Positions 63,841 through 64,000 of a DNA stretch of 64,000 nucleotides are shown one piece after another. The position numbers were made by a program, and so were the translations under genes. Source of the stretch: Camelus dromedarius (lineage: Eukaryota); NCBI RefSeq assembly GCF_036321535.1, contig NC_087436.1, positions 7,502,001 through 7,566,000 of the forward strand, in the 5' to 3' direction. Every line of letters starts with the position of its first letter. The first letter of the stretch is position 1. The notes under the pieces were generated by a model, which searched no databases, was not told the DNA's origin, and was given only the letters and a program-made list of their open reading frames with translations.

Positions 63841-64000
63841 TCAATTTCCAGCAGTCTTTGAGCTATTCTTTCTAGATCAAGAGAGTATGGTCTTAACAAT
63901 GTCCTTGTGTGAAAGTGTGTGTGTGCATGCGTGCGTGCACGCGTGTGTGATTTTATCCAGCAGATACCAGCCACCTCCTATAAGACAAGCCTAAAAAGGC

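Noticed and set aside
1..64000. Non-retroviral endogenous viral element or novel multi-gene system
   Set aside because: I recognised no ORF or decayed motif resembling borna-, filo-, parvo- or circovirus proteins; all long or motif-bearing ORFs are explained by L1 or ERVs. A TBLASTN/HMM search would be needed to exclude very decayed cases.

Overview
AT-rich mammalian nuclear DNA, probably camelid (camel/llama/alpaca): it carries several tRNA-derived SINEs that match the camelid Vic-1 SINE as I recall it. I found no recognisable host protein-coding exon, rRNA, tRNA gene or CRISPR array, so the window looks intergenic or deep intronic and is dominated by transposon fossils. Main contents: (1) an LTR-dense first 8 kb with a nested solo-LTR pair, a MER34-like solo LTR and a two-LTR, internally deleted class I ERV on the minus strand (3710-7462; tRNA-His PBS, 4-bp TSD); (2) a young 5'-truncated LINE-1 (28842-31356) whose ORF2 remnant is open for about 730 codons; (3) an ERV LTR copy apparently retroposed by L1 (poly(A) plus 13-bp TSD, 47196-47622); (4) an ancient ERV-L-type pol followed by a gamma-type env remnant (about 53660-56172); (5) old L1, L2, MIR and MaLR elements, short L1 tails, probable 3' transductions, template-switch hairpins, two 53-54 bp tandem duplications and two CTCF-like motifs. 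I see no convincing evidence of a wholly new biological system; the best leads are retroelement-biology observations. All family names come from recalled consensus sequences, not from a search, and the boundaries of old repeats are approximate.
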